Below the pieces are notes generated by a model. It worked only from the letters and a program-made list of their open reading frames with translations, searched no databases and had not been told where the DNA came from. DNA of 64,000 nucleotides from Thermoplasmata archaeon. GTDB taxonomy: Archaea; Thermoplasmatota; Thermoplasmata; Lutacidiplasmatales; UBA184. Of the stretch, positions 37,556 to 48,800 are shown in pieces. The stretch covers positions 13,252 through 77,251 of the forward strand of contig JAGWLG010000013.1 of NCBI GenBank assembly GCA_028864975.1. The letters run 5' to 3'. Positions within the stretch are counted from its first letter, which is position 1; each line of letters starts with the position of its first letter. The position numbers and the translations under genes are program-made.

Positions 37556-38139
37556 GGCTCTTCCTCGGCGTGCAAGTGGATGAAGCTCGGCGCGTCGGAG
37601 TCCGAGGAGGGGAGGGGCGGATCTTGCCCGGCCGTCCCACTCCCAGGAGGCGCCGTCGCCTCGCTCGCCTGAGCTGCGGCAAACACCTGGTCGTAGAGTT
37701 CTTGGAGTATCTCTTTCCGGGGCGGATAGAAGACCTGCTGCTCCCCGTTCGCCAGCGTGAGGAGGAGGACGGGCCGGAGCTCGAGGAGTGATTTTTGGAT
37801 CGAAACCTGAGTAATGTTTTCGAGCGGAATCTCCAGAAGGAAGTCGCTCCGCTGTTGACTGGGTGTGAAACCGAGGGGGGTGTCGTGGCCCAAGTAGTGT
37901 CGAATGCGCCGGTCGGAGAGGACGAAGAGACCCGAGATGTTCTCCATCTGGGAGCCTGCGGCCCCTGGGTTCATCCATCCAAAGTCGACGAGCCCGGGAC
38001 GGCCCGTGAACCAGGCCCCCAAGAACTTCTCATCGGAACCAAGGTCCACGATGGCGCGAAACTCAGAGGGGATGCTGTCCATGGTAGGGATACTGCGGTC
38101 TTCGAGACAGGTGGGAGGCCCTCGAACTTCTTCAACCAT
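37552..38139 (-). CDS. PH-domain-like protein
   Basis: FVLSDRRI...LEIPLENITQVSIQKS..LLLTLANG resembles a bacterial PH fold; start may be 38082. Confidence 0.7.
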   Translation of the reverse strand: MVEEVRGPPTCLEDRSIPTMDSIPSEFRAIVDLGSDEKFLGAWFTGRPGLVDFGWMNPGAAGSQMENISGLFVLSDRRIRHYLGHDTPLGFTPSQQRSDFLLEIPLENITQVSIQKSLLELRPVLLLTLANGEQQVFYPPRKEILQELYDQVFAAAQASEATAPPGSGTAGQDPPLPSSDSDAPSFIHLHAEEEP

Positions 38140-38244
38140 TTGATGGGTAAGAGCTCGTCCAGGATGTGAGCCGGGCGCCTGTAGCGTGGGTGAGCGGGCG
38201 AGCCTCGCGCAGCGGACCTGGCTTCTGGGGCTCCCCGCGTGCGG

Positions 38245-38665
38245 TCATGGACTGCGCGAGGAGTCCTCGTCTCCGATGACTACCCCGCGATGTTCAGCGG
38301 CGGTTCGCCACCCAAGGACTTCCTGGTCCCACTCAGCTTCCAGGACATCGGCCTCGCGCTTCCGGTCGACCAGCTCCATGCCGATCCAGTCCCAGTCGGG
38401 CTGGTTGGGGGGCAGCCCGGGCCGCGGTCGCCTGCAGCCTCGGAAGTGCGGGGCGAGCTCGTAGCTCGCGTCCCCGCAGGAGACGTGGGTCCAGGTCGTA
38501 CGTCACCCGGTACAGCACTGGACCGCAGGTGAAGGACTCGGCGACCCAGCCCGTCACCGGGTCGTCGCGGGCAGCGAGCAAGCCCCCCGACGGCGGCACG
38601 TTCGGCGGGGCGATGTCGACCTCGGCCCCTCAGCCGTTGCAGAGCGCTCGGATGGGGTTGGACAT
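38245..38665 (-). pseudogene. probable zinc-finger pseudogene (in-frame TGA in C-x-x-* plus apparent frameshift)
   Basis: Strong GAGGAGGTG Shine-Dalgarno, then MSNPIRALCNG*G (TGA at 38630-38632); the distal part reads more protein-like in another frame. Confidence 0.5.
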
Positions 38666-38778
38666 GGCGGCACCTCCTCACTGGGGGAGGAGGGGTCGCA
38701 AGTTTCGCCGGCGTCTCCCCTGCGCGGATATGGCGAGCCGACCACAACCGCCTTGGTCCGCGGCGTCTCGGGTGGCCC

Positions 38779-39024
38779 GTGATGGAAGGAACCGCGCCTC
38801 CTTCGAAGCCCAAGAAAGAGCCCAAGGTCGAGCCTCCGCGGGTCATGGAGTGCGCGGACTGCCACAAGAGCTTCGCGAGCAGGTCCGTCTTCCACTGGGA
38901 CGTGCACCTCCCGGAGGGGGGCTACGTCACCGTCTGCACCCCGTGCTTCGAGAAGAGGGACCAGTCGAGGATCAGCGCCGAGCGGCGCGAGGCGGACAAG
39001 CCTCCGGCCAAGAGGCGGAAGTGA
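38779..39024 (+). CDS. small zinc-finger protein
   Basis: CADC...CTPC with Lys-rich ends. Confidence 0.7.
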   Translation: MMEGTAPPSKPKKEPKVEPPRVMECADCHKSFASRSVFHWDVHLPEGGYVTVCTPCFEKRDQSRISAERREADKPPAKRRK

Positions 39025-39151
39025 GCACCCGACGGCGGGCATCGGGGACCTTGTCGCCGAGCCCTTGAAAGGGGACGGGGCTGACCCGGGGCACCTCCTA
39101 GGGGGTGGCGAAGCTCTCGTAGGCTCGACGTTCGGTGTTCGACTGGGTGGA

Positions 39152-39184
39152 CATCTTCGTCCTCGTGGAGGGAGGACGAAGATG
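39152..39184. repeat. perfect 13-bp inverted repeat CATCTTCGTCCTC-GTGGAGG-GAGGACGAAGATG
   Basis: Read directly in an intergenic region. Confidence 0.85.
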
Positions 39185-39342
39185 GCGCGGCTTGGACCCT
39201 TACTCGGGTGACGCCTCGCGCTTCGCGCCCCCGGCCAAAGTTACAGGCTCAGCCCCGGGGCGTGGGAGTGGAGCCGACTGAAAAGTCACGCGCTCGCCTT
39301 CGCACGCACAACTATAGGTAGCGCCAAGTTGGTTCTTGAGGC

Positions 39343-39897
39343 GTGGCAACCGCGACGGGCTTCGGGACCGTGGTAGTGGTGGCTGCGTTGGTATCGGGGG
39401 CCTTACCCGCCCCTGCGGTGACCTCATCGTCGAGCGGTCCGGACAAGGCCGGACAGGGCGCCCCCCACCTAGCAGTAGCGGCTTGGGCAAACGAAACCAG
39501 TGCCCTCAGCCCAACCTGCAAGGGGACCGGGGGTTGGCTGAACGTAACTCTTCAAGCGCGTGCGTGGAACGGAACACCGCCCTACACCTTTGCATGGGCT
39601 TGGGGAGCCCCCCTGACGACCGTGAAGGGCGAATCAACGTGGTACAACTTCACTGGTGGCAGCTACCGGTCAGGGGGGGTGGTGGACTTGAACGTCACTG
39701 ACTCCGTCGGGTCCTCCCTGCAACACCCGGTTTCCCTCCCATGGGTACCCCCGCCCGGCTGTCCGCCGGGAGGCAACAGACCTCCATACCTCGCCTTGGA
39801 GCTTGTCGGTGCGGCGGCCACAATCTCGATCCTGGCCCTAACACTTGTTCTATGGATCCACAGGGCAAAGAGACAACCGCCAACCGTTGTTCGATGA
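39343..39897 (+). CDS. single-PKD surface protein with signal peptide and C-terminal TM
   Basis: GTPPYTFAWAWGA..., LNVTDSVG; C-terminal hydrophobic helix followed by basic residues. Confidence 0.8.
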   Translation: MATATGFGTVVVVAALVSGALPAPAVTSSSSGPDKAGQGAPHLAVAAWANETSALSPTCKGTGGWLNVTLQARAWNGTPPYTFAWAWGAPLTTVKGESTWYNFTGGSYRSGGVVDLNVTDSVGSSLQHPVSLPWVPPPGCPPGGNRPPYLALELVGAAATISILALTLVLWIHRAKRQPPTVVR

Positions 39898-40431
39898 ATG
39901 GAACTGTTGTCGGTGCGCGTTCGCCGAGCCCTGGGAGAGGCCGAGAACTTCTACCGCGCGCCACCGACTTCAAACTCCAAAGGCATGTTACTTCGCGATT
40001 CCCGCCTCCAAGGCGGGGTTCGAAGCGACGCCCCAGGAGTTCACGCCGACACGGAGGCTCGGACCGAGCGCGAGCGCGCTCCACCCTCTCCAAGTCGGGA
40101 GCGTGGAGGAGAGGGCGGTGCAATTCGGGGAGACGCGGTCCCTCGTCAGGCGGACGACGGACACCGTGGGCGTCAGTTCAGCGCACGACCACGGAGGGTC
40201 GATGGCGTGTTCGAAGCACGCCAGGTCGCGCGCTCCGCGGCGGCGCAGCGGGGCAGATCGCCCGCGGTGAGGTTGCCGCTCGCTGTCCGCAGGACCTCGA
40301 GGATGGTCTGACCGAGCCCCTCCGCGTTCGCGCCGTGCGACGGGAGGGTCGCCGGTCATCGAGAAGCGGGCGATGGCCCCAAGGCCGGTGGGAGGGCGGT
40401 CAGTTCCGCGCTCGGAACGATGGTCCGTCGG

Positions 40432-41481
40432 CTACGGGAGGACGTACGCTGTGGGCGGGGGAGGTGGAGCGGGGAGAAGCGTCGCGGGCCTCCCCGGGTC
40501 GAGCCCCGCCTCCGCGGCGCGCTGGAGGTCTCGGATCCGCCGGAGCGCCCGCTCGAGGAGCACCAAGCCGGCACCGATGACCGCGGGGCCAACGGCGCCG
40601 ACCGCGAACGTCGCTGCGAAGGACACGGGATCCCAGCCCGAAGGGAACCTGACGAAGGTCCAGACCGCGCCGAGCAAGCCCCCGACGATCTCGCCTGCGA
40701 CGACGACGACCGTACCTTGGAAGAGCCGACGCCGCTCTTGGAGGTCGGCGCGGCCATGCATCTGGCGCCGAAGGACGCTCCCCGCGACCGCGGCCCCAAC
40801 AGCGGCAAGGATCGCCGCAGGGAGGCCGAGAATCAGGGCTTCGTAGTGAAAGACGACGAAGAAAGTCCACGGTGAGACCACGACGGGCAGCACGAGGAAC
40901 AGGAGGAGGTCAGAGGACCCCACCAGGAAGCTCGCCAGGCCGAAAACAACCGCGATGCGAAACCCGCGCAGCGGATCTCGCTCTGGGGGAGCGCCGCCCG
41001 CTATTCGTCGCGGGTTCGACCGCTCGACGAGCAGACTGGACCTCCAGAGGATCGCCGCGCCGACCAAGGGAGCGAGGGTGACACCCACGAAAACAGTTTC
41101 GAAGAACCCCCCCTCGATGAGCCACGCCGAGTCGAAGGGGGGTGTCGGAGCGACCAACCATTCCAGGTACCCCAGCCTGATGACCAGGCCCAGGAGGGTC
41201 GAGATGAGCGCCCAACGGACTGCCCTGAGGGTCCGCGACACCGTTGCGAATGATGGCTCCCCCAGGCGGCCGAAGGGGTCGTCTCGCGGTCGGCGAACGA
41301 GCAGAAGGGGGAGTCCAACAGCGAGCAGGGAGATCCCCCAGGTGAGAAGGGCTGGGCCAAGCTCGAGGCAACTGATCCCCCCCGGGATCTCCGTGCAAAC
41401 CGGGGCCACCGTCAAGGCGACGCCCGAGAGCAGAAGACCGGCTCCCACCAGGGTCAGTGCACCACCGATGAGCCGACGCAC
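40432..41481 (-). CDS. multi-pass membrane protein
   Basis: About eight hydrophobic helices. Confidence 0.8.
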   Translation of the reverse strand: MRRLIGGALTLVGAGLLLSGVALTVAPVCTEIPGGISCLELGPALLTWGISLLAVGLPLLLVRRPRDDPFGRLGEPSFATVSRTLRAVRWALISTLLGLVIRLGYLEWLVAPTPPFDSAWLIEGGFFETVFVGVTLAPLVGAAILWRSSLLVERSNPRRIAGGAPPERDPLRGFRIAVVFGLASFLVGSSDLLLFLVLPVVVSPWTFFVVFHYEALILGLPAAILAAVGAAVAGSVLRRQMHGRADLQERRRLFQGTVVVVAGEIVGGLLGAVWTFVRFPSGWDPVSFAATFAVGAVGPAVIGAGLVLLERALRRIRDLQRAAEAGLDPGRPATLLPAPPPPPTAYVLP

Positions 41482-41609
41482 GGAAGGGGGAGCGCTGTTC
41501 AGGGGGATGAATCTCGCGGCGTCCCACGCTCTGCGACCAAGAGGGCTTCTCCGCGAACTCAGGACGCACCGACCGAGGGGTTCATCGGGGAGGAGGCGGT
41601 CCGGAGTTC

Positions 41610-42320
41610 GTGGCGGGAGCGTTTGCCTCGCGACGGACGTGGGTCGTCCCGTTGCTCCTCCTGGTCGCGGGCGGGCTCGCGGTCGCTTCGGTCGCCTTCC
41701 CGTTCTGGGAGAACTGGGGAAGGGGGACCGACGGCACCACCAGCGGGTCCACCTGGTCCGTCGACGGGGCCTGCTACGGGATGGACCCCCCGGGGTGGGC
41801 CTGCCAGACCTACCCCCAGTACCTGGCGTACCTCGGGAGTGATGCCCAGTTCATCGAGGTGATGGTGGCAACCATCTACCTCGCTGGAGGGCTGGCCCTC
41901 TCGGGTGCCTTGGTCTCGGCCTTGGCCGCGTCGTTCGTCATCCGGGAAGGACGGCGAGGGCTCACTAGCGGTCTGAACACGGGGCGGCGGCGGGTCGCGA
42001 TCCGTGTCGGAGCCATCCTCCTCGTGATGGCCGCGGCCGCCGTCCCGATCGGGGTCGAGGTGTGGCTCGCCCAGAGCGACGCCCGAGGGCCGGGCAATTG
42101 CACGGTGGCGTTCTTCTCGCTTTGCGGGACGGTAGTCGCTACAGCGGGCCCCGGCTGGTTCATGCTCGTCGCCGCGGCGGCCCTCGGGGCCGCCGCGCTT
42201 CTTCAGGTGAGGAGGGAGGCTCGCCGTGCAGGGCCTCCCGAGGTGCCCTCCCCTCCGAAGTCGGACCCGCCCGGAGAGGGCCGATCCACGGCGAACGCGG
42301 CCGAGTTCTTGCTCCCGTAG
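41610..42320 (+). CDS. four-TM membrane protein with Trp/Cys-containing first loop (claudin-like layout)
   Basis: FPFW...C...C loop, four TM helices, AGPGWFM motif. Confidence 0.75.
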   Translation: MAGAFASRRTWVVPLLLLVAGGLAVASVAFPFWENWGRGTDGTTSGSTWSVDGACYGMDPPGWACQTYPQYLAYLGSDAQFIEVMVATIYLAGGLALSGALVSALAASFVIREGRRGLTSGLNTGRRRVAIRVGAILLVMAAAAVPIGVEVWLAQSDARGPGNCTVAFFSLCGTVVATAGPGWFMLVAAAALGAAALLQVRREARRAGPPEVPSPPKSDPPGEGRSTANAAEFLLP

Positions 42321-42367
42321 ATTCGGGAGCCTCGCGCGACGCGAGTTCGACCCAAGCAGGGCACGTG

Positions 42368-45300
42368 CTACCCGTTCGGCCGCTCCTGTTGCGGAGCGAT
42401 CGTCGCCGGGTCGGGAGGGGGCGCGTCGGACGGCTCGGGGGTCGGGGGAGGAGAGAGGTCCCTCCTCCGACGACGCGAGACGAGGAGGAGCGTGAGGATG
42501 ACCGCAGCGGCGGCGATTGGGAGGACGACCAGAAGGATGCTGGCGGAGGTGGAGAGGCCGAAGAGGGAGAAATGCGGTGGGGCGGGGGGGGGACAGGTGG
42601 CCGCTACTACTTGGACGGTCAGGTTTGCCCAAGCATGCAGGCCGCGCGCGTCGGTAACGAAGAGGCTCGCGGTCAAGGGCCATCTTTGAAACGTGTGGGT
42701 GACGTTCCTTCCGATGACGGCGTTGCCCCCGTCGCCGAAGCTCCACGCGAAGGTGTACGGGGGCACGCCACCACGCGCGTTGCCCGAGACGGTCGCGGTC
42801 TCAGGGCTCTCAGAGCACACGGCCCCTCCTATCCAGGTGTAGTTCGCGAACGCGACGAGGGGGGGCGGGGCTGAGAGTGGGGGAAGTACCTCGATGACCT
42901 GACCCGCGGTCTGGTTGGAGAAGACGTCGAGCGAGTCTTCCACGAGGAGGAAGTAGGTGTAGTTCCCAGTGTGGACGAAATGGACGCTGCTGGGCCCGCA
43001 GGGGAGACCGGGTAGGAAGCCAGTCCCATTCGGGAACCAAAGGCAGTAGTAGGGTGGGGTTCCACCCGATATGGTCGGGTCGAACTCGACCGACCCACCC
43101 ACGCGGACCGATGTCCTGTTCAAGGTGAATCCCGCCGTGATGGGGAGCGCTCCATTGCGCGTGAAGTGGAGAGCAATGCTAGCGTAGTCCGCGATGCTCA
43201 CGTTGAGCCACGGGGTCGTGAATGACTCGAGGGAACCGTTCCCGGTGTTCACGAACCAGTTCCAGAAGGTGTATCCTGCACATGGAAGTGCGTGGGCGGG
43301 GTAGGTCCCTGCCCAGAACTTCGAGGAGGACCCGTTGGGCATCAGGGACCCATTGAACTCCAGCGAGTTGCAGGCAGCCGGGGTGACAAAGAAGCTGGCC
43401 GTCAGACGAGTCGCGGTCCCTTGCCAATAGACGGCCTCGACCGTACCGTTGCCGTAGACCTGGATGGCGACGGGATCGACCGAGCTCGTCCCGGACCAGC
43501 TCATCGACCCCTGGTGGAACTGCCAGATCCACCCGTGGAAGACGTAACCGGGGCAATTGGGGGCGAAGGCGGTGTAGTTGCTACGGGTGAAGAGGCCCCA
43601 CGAGTCGTTGGCCACGAGAGAACCGTTGAACGTCCATGTACACGTCGAGGGCTGCGCCAGGAACGTCACGTTATGGGGAGCGAGAGCCGTGGGGACGTAG
43701 ACGACTGTCACGGATCCATTCCCCCGCACCCAAAGGGTAGAGGGGTTCTGGGTCGAGACGCGGGCCACGCCCGAGACATTGGTCTCGAACTCCTTGAATA
43801 CCTGCCCGGAGCACGTCGGCGCGAAGGCCGTGTAGTTCCCGAAACTGAAGGAGCCAGTAGACGCGTTGGTCCTCGAGGACCCGTTGAAGTCCATGGCACA
43901 CCAGACCGGGACGTCGTAGAACGCCACGGTCGCTTTGGGCGGGGGAGAAGCAATGATCGAGACCGGCACCGCCGTGCTCTGAACGGTGAGTCCGTTGAGC
44001 GTCGCGTTGACAAAGAGGTAGGTGGTACCCGCGGTGGTCCCCGCCGTGAACTTCACGACGCTCCCTGTGGTCGCGTTGAAGTACCCGAGCGGGCCGTTCG
44101 TGGACCACGAATAGGTCGTGCCCGAGGGGCAGGCTCCGCCGGAGCAGGAGGTGGTGGCGGTGAAGGATTGCGAGCCTCCCAGGGCGAGCGCCGCCGAGGA
44201 AGGGGAAACCGACACCGATGCGAGGCCAGCAAAGATGGTGACCTGGACAGGGGTACTTTGGACGATCACCCCTTTGAGCGTGGCGTTCAGGAAGAGGTAG
44301 ATGACGCCCGCAGTCCCTCCTGCCGTGAACCTCACGACGCTCCCAGTGGTCGAGTTGAAGCTCCCGAGCGGGCGGTTCGTGGACCACGAATAGGTCGTGC
44401 CGGGAGGGCACGGACTGCCGGCACAGGAGGGAGAACCGGTGAAGGTCTGAGAGGCACCGGTAGCCAGGGAAGCGGTCGGTGGCGAGACCGAGACCGACTT
44501 CAGCATGGGAGGAGGCACCCAGCCGAGGACGTAGACGCAGTTGCACGATCCTCCGGGCACATACAGGTAGCGGTTGGCGGAGTCGTACGTTCCACCGAAC
44601 GGGGTGAACGCTCCTCCGAACGATAGGTTCTCGACCAATGTCGTACCGTTGAGGATCTGGACGAGACCGGTCGCCTCGAGGTCGAGAATCGTCTGGTTGG
44701 CCGGGTAGTACAGCAAGTCGGTGGCGAAGTCCCACATCGTGACCCCTGTGTCTATCTTGGAGCCGTTGAGCAGAATGACGGTCTTCCCGTTCGGGCCGAG
44801 GGCGCCACTGCTTGCGAGGTACATGAGTCGGGTTGCAGCGTCGTAGACGATGGAGTCCGGGGTGTACCCCGAGCCGAACCTTAGGTACGTCCCAGACGTA
44901 TGGTTCAGGAACATCACGGCTGGACAGCCCGCGTCCGCGTCGACGGTCGAGTGGCCCACATCGAATGCGAACGGTCCTGACCCGTCGCACGTGAGAAGAC
45001 CACCGGTGGGGTCGCCTATCGTAGCCACGTAGGTCGTTCGGTTGACGACATACCAGCAGTCGGAGATGTAGGCGCTTGCGTACACCCAACCATCCCTTGC
45101 GTCGTACGAGAGGTAGTCCGTCAGGCAGCCCCCGGGGGGGAGCGAGACCGTGGCCACCAGACTCGTGCCTTGCAAGACGCTGAGGTTCGTGTAGGTCTCG
45201 TGCGAGACATACGTGAGGCCGTTCACGGGGTCGAAGAGGACCTGGAAGGGGTTGGGCGCGGTCCGAAGCCATATCGTCGCGAGGATGGTGGTACGATTGA

Positions 45301-45739
45301 TGACCACCACGTCGTTGCTACTGAAGTTCGGTAGGTAGACGTACCCTGTACGAGCATCGCACGCGATGACCGAGGAGTTGAAACCCAGGGAGATAGTGGC
45401 CGCGACCGAGGTCCCGTTCAGGACAGAAACGCTGTTCCCCTGTCCATCCGCGACGTAGACCTCGTTGTCCAAGGGATCCAAGCAACTGCCGGCGGGACTG
45501 GGACGGGTTGTTATGGTGGCCACGACGCCCAAGCCACCGCCAGCGGCAGAATGGGGTCGAGCCGAGTGTTGGATGGTGCCCGGATTTCGGGAGGCACGAC
45601 CCGTTTCGGGGTGGAGGTGGTGAGGGTGACTGGGAACTGAGGGCACCGCACCACCTGCCGCCGAGCCGGGAAGAACGAGGACCGTGAACGCGAGGATTGC
45701 AAGTAGCCCTGCGGGCCCGGCTTGAGGGCGCAAGAACAT
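42368..45739 (-). CDS. surface adhesin-like protein: YVTN propeller, 2 Ig-like repeats, 4 Cys-paired repeats, PKD, TM anchor
   Basis: EVYVADG..NSVSVL blades; two SVSVSP..SQ.FT..SC.G..CP.GTTYSWS repeats; PxxC..FNG repeats; GGVPPYTFAWSFGDG; TM + RRRRR. Confidence 0.9.
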   Translation of the reverse strand: MFLRPQAGPAGLLAILAFTVLVLPGSAAGGAVPSVPSHPHHLHPETGRASRNPGTIQHSARPHSAAGGGLGVVATITTRPSPAGSCLDPLDNEVYVADGQGNSVSVLNGTSVAATISLGFNSSVIACDARTGYVYLPNFSSNDVVVINRTTILATIWLRTAPNPFQVLFDPVNGLTYVSHETYTNLSVLQGTSLVATVSLPPGGCLTDYLSYDARDGWVYASAYISDCWYVVNRTTYVATIGDPTGGLLTCDGSGPFAFDVGHSTVDADAGCPAVMFLNHTSGTYLRFGSGYTPDSIVYDAATRLMYLASSGALGPNGKTVILLNGSKIDTGVTMWDFATDLLYYPANQTILDLEATGLVQILNGTTLVENLSFGGAFTPFGGTYDSANRYLYVPGGSCNCVYVLGWVPPPMLKSVSVSPPTASLATGASQTFTGSPSCAGSPCPPGTTYSWSTNRPLGSFNSTTGSVVRFTAGGTAGVIYLFLNATLKGVIVQSTPVQVTIFAGLASVSVSPSSAALALGGSQSFTATTSCSGGACPSGTTYSWSTNGPLGYFNATTGSVVKFTAGTTAGTTYLFVNATLNGLTVQSTAVPVSIIASPPPKATVAFYDVPVWCAMDFNGSSRTNASTGSFSFGNYTAFAPTCSGQVFKEFETNVSGVARVSTQNPSTLWVRGNGSVTVVYVPTALAPHNVTFLAQPSTCTWTFNGSLVANDSWGLFTRSNYTAFAPNCPGYVFHGWIWQFHQGSMSWSGTSSVDPVAIQVYGNGTVEAVYWQGTATRLTASFFVTPAACNSLEFNGSLMPNGSSSKFWAGTYPAHALPCAGYTFWNWFVNTGNGSLESFTTPWLNVSIADYASIALHFTRNGALPITAGFTLNRTSVRVGGSVEFDPTISGGTPPYYCLWFPNGTGFLPGLPCGPSSVHFVHTGNYTYFLLVEDSLDVFSNQTAGQVIEVLPPLSAPPPLVAFANYTWIGGAVCSESPETATVSGNARGGVPPYTFAWSFGDGGNAVIGRNVTHTFQRWPLTASLFVTDARGLHAWANLTVQVVAATCPPPAPPHFSLFGLSTSASILLVVLPIAAAAVILTLLLVSRRRRRDLSPPPTPEPSDAPPPDPATIAPQQERPNG
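43960..44497 (-). repeat. two tandem Ig-like repeats (approximate bounds), with a third copy at about 47395-47650
   Basis: Shared DNA such as GACGCTCCC.GTGGTCG.GTTGAAG..CCCGAGCGGGC.GTTCGTGGACCACGAATAGGTCGTGCC. Confidence 0.85.
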
Positions 45740-45802
45740 CGTCTGGCCTGATACCGATCCGCCGCTATTTGGTCCCTCTCCCGAGCGACCTTTGCTCAGC
45801 GC

Positions 45803-48800
45803 CTACGAGGGTGGAAAGCCAGGAGACCCAGGCGGAGGGGTCGCATGCTCGGGAGGCGTCGCTCTCCCCCGTCGCCTCCGAAGGACGACGAGGACCACGA
45901 CCGCGGCGAGGATGGCCGCAAGGACGCCGGCGATGAGGAGGAGGCTCGCGGTGGGGCTGAGGCCGAGGAAGGAGAAACCACCCGTCGGCGGAGTCTCGGC
46001 AGGGCACTGAGAGGGCGAGCCGAAACTGACGGTCAGGTTCTTCCAAGCCCGATGCCCGGATGAATCGGCCACCTGGAGGTCCGCCTGAGTGCCGGCGACG
46101 TTGAGGCCGCCGTAGGTGTACGTGAGGGTAGCGTTCCGACCTGAGGCGCCGCTGTTGTTCATGGTGAAGATCCAGAAGAATGAGTACGCGGGTACTCCGC
46201 CGCGGGCATTCCCCGCGAACGCGAAGGCTTCGGAAAGGGTGGTGCAGCTCCACGGAGAGACGACTGTCTCATTCGCGAAGGCAACGAGTGGCGGAGGGGA
46301 CGACCGCGAAGGTGCCCTGACCGCAATCGCGACCGCGTTGCTCCCTGCGACCTCGGTGGCGGAGTCCGTCGCCCACACGCGGTAGGTGTAGGTGCCGGGA
46401 TGGGACCAGGAGAGAGTGGCTGCGGTGCAGCCGGTCTGGGATGTGTTGGTGCTGTTGAGGGACCAGGCGCAGGCATAGGGCGGGGCTCCTCCCGAGACTG
46501 TCGGGGTCAGTCTGACGAGAGAACCTACCGTGGCGGAGGTCGCGTTGGCCGAAAGGGAAACCGAGAGCGGGGGCGGCGGTCCGCTGGCCGTGTAATTGGC
46601 GAAGAGCGTCCCCGCTGCCCCGACCGAGACGTTGACCCACGTCCCGATGTAGGCGACACGCTGAGAGGGGAAGGCGTAAAGCCACGCGCGGAACGGATGA
46701 CTCGCGCACGCAGGGGCACGCGCCGCGTAGGTCGACCCGAGGAAGCTCGCCGAGGTGCCGTTCGTCTGAGAGGTACCGTTGAAGGAGACCGGACCGCAGG
46801 GGGAGGGGGAGATGGAGAAGGTGAGGGTGTAGTGGCCGGGCGGGGGGGCGCCGTTGTAGATCTCCGTCAGCGTCCCGTTGGAGGAGACCGAGATGTTGAC
46901 CCACGCGGTCGCGAAGCTCTGACCTGGACCCCTGGCGGGCTGCCAGACCCACCCCGTGGGGGTGCATCCCGCTCGCGCGAGGTCCTTCGCCAGGTACGTT
47001 CCCGACGGATAGTAGCCGGTCGTAGCATTCGACCAGTAGGTCCCGTTGAAGTCTACCGGCTGGCAGGGGAACGGGTGCACGAAGAAGTGGAGGGTGTACC
47101 ACGGCGCGGGACCCCAGACGTAGGTCGCCGTAACGGTCCCATTACCCAGGACGTCGAGGCTCGTGGAGTTGGAGGCGGACGAACCATGGACCCAGCCTCC
47201 GGGGGTCGAGAACGACCAAGACCAGTTGTAGAAGGTGAAACCGGGGCACCGGCTCGCGACGATTGGATAGTTCCCGGCTTTGGCGACCCACTGGCTGTTG
47301 TTGGACGCGTAGGTCCCGTTGAAGGTCCCCGTGCAGACCGAGGGGTCGAAGAGGAGCGTCAGGGAGTAGAGCTGAGGTGTCGAGGTGATCCGAACGAGGA
47401 CTGCGCTGCTCGAGACGGTCACGCCGTTCAGCGTCGCGTTGACGAAGAGGTAGGTGATGCCCGCGGAGCCTCCCGCCGTGAATTTCACGACGCTCCCGGT
47501 CGTCGCGTTGAAGCTTCCTAGCGGGTGGTTCATGGACCACGCATAGGCCGTGCCCGCCGGGCACGGCCCGCCGGTGCAGGTCGGGGTGGCGGTGAAGGAC
47601 TGCGATCCTCCGGGTGCCAAAATCGCTGAGACCGGAGAGACCGTGACGCCGGTCAGGGTCGCCAGGGGGAGGGGGGGTTCGACTGTGACGAGAACGGGGT
47701 TGCTCTCGGCGGTTTTGGCAGAACTGTCCGTGATGTTGACCCAGACGGTGTAGTTCCCCTTCGCGAGGTAGGTGTGGGAGGGGTTCGGCGCTGCGCTGGT
47801 CGTGCCATCGCCGAAGTGCCACACCCATGACGTATAGCTACCGGTTCCCCCCGCGGCGACCTCCGTGAAGTTGGTGTGGAACCATGCGGGGCCGTACGTG
47901 GTGTTCGCGCTCGCGGTCACTGAGAGGGGAACGGAGGACCCCTCGTTGATGACCGACTCTGTTCCGACGGCCGTGTTCGTGCCGACGTACACCTGGTTGG
48001 TCGAAGCATCGTAAGCCAGACCATTGGGGAAGGAGGGGAGGGGTGTGCCGCCGACGACTTTGTTGGTAGCGTCGGAGATCTCGCTCAAGTTCTGGGAACC
48101 GGCGTTGGCCACGAAGACCCGACCCAGGCCCGGAGCATAGTCAAGCCCGAAGGGCTGGGTACCCACCGGGATGTTCGCGACCACCGTGTCGGTCGCATCC
48201 GAGATGACACTGACGTTGTTCGAACCGTGGTTCGTGACGAAGATCTCTCCCTTGGCGCTATCGTAAACAGCGCCCTCTGGGTCGACTCCGACCGGGATGG
48301 TCGCCACCACCGTGTCGGTCCTGTCGGAGACCACGTAGACGTCGGAGTAGACGCAGGGAACGAAGAGCTCCCCCCGACCGCTGTCGTAGGCAACGGAGTA
48401 GGGGTCGGTGTTGAGGAGCACGTTGCGGAGGATCGTGTTGTTGGCGTCGGCGATCACGTCTAGGGAGTTCCCTGCGGTCGCGAAGATCTGGTTCGCTCCC
48501 GGGTCGTATCCCATCGCGTTCAGGTAGTTGCTCACGCCGGTCAGCGATGCGACGACCGTGTTCGAGCTGTCGTTGATGACGCTGATGCTGTTGGAGTTCG
48601 CGTTGGCCACGAAGAGCTCGCCGCGACCGGGGTCGTACGCGATTCCCGAAGGCGCCGCCCCCGTGGGGATGCCCGCCACGGTCTTCTCGGTCGATGCCGA
48701 AATGACCGTCACATTCCCTCCCACCATGCTCGTCACGAACACTTCCCCCTTGGCTCGATCGTAGACGGTGTCGAACGGCTGGCCCCCGACGGTGATGTTG

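Noticed and set aside
39898-40311. 137-aa ORF downstream of the PKD gene
   Set aside because: Low-complexity Arg/Gly composition and no recognisable motif; several competing frames.
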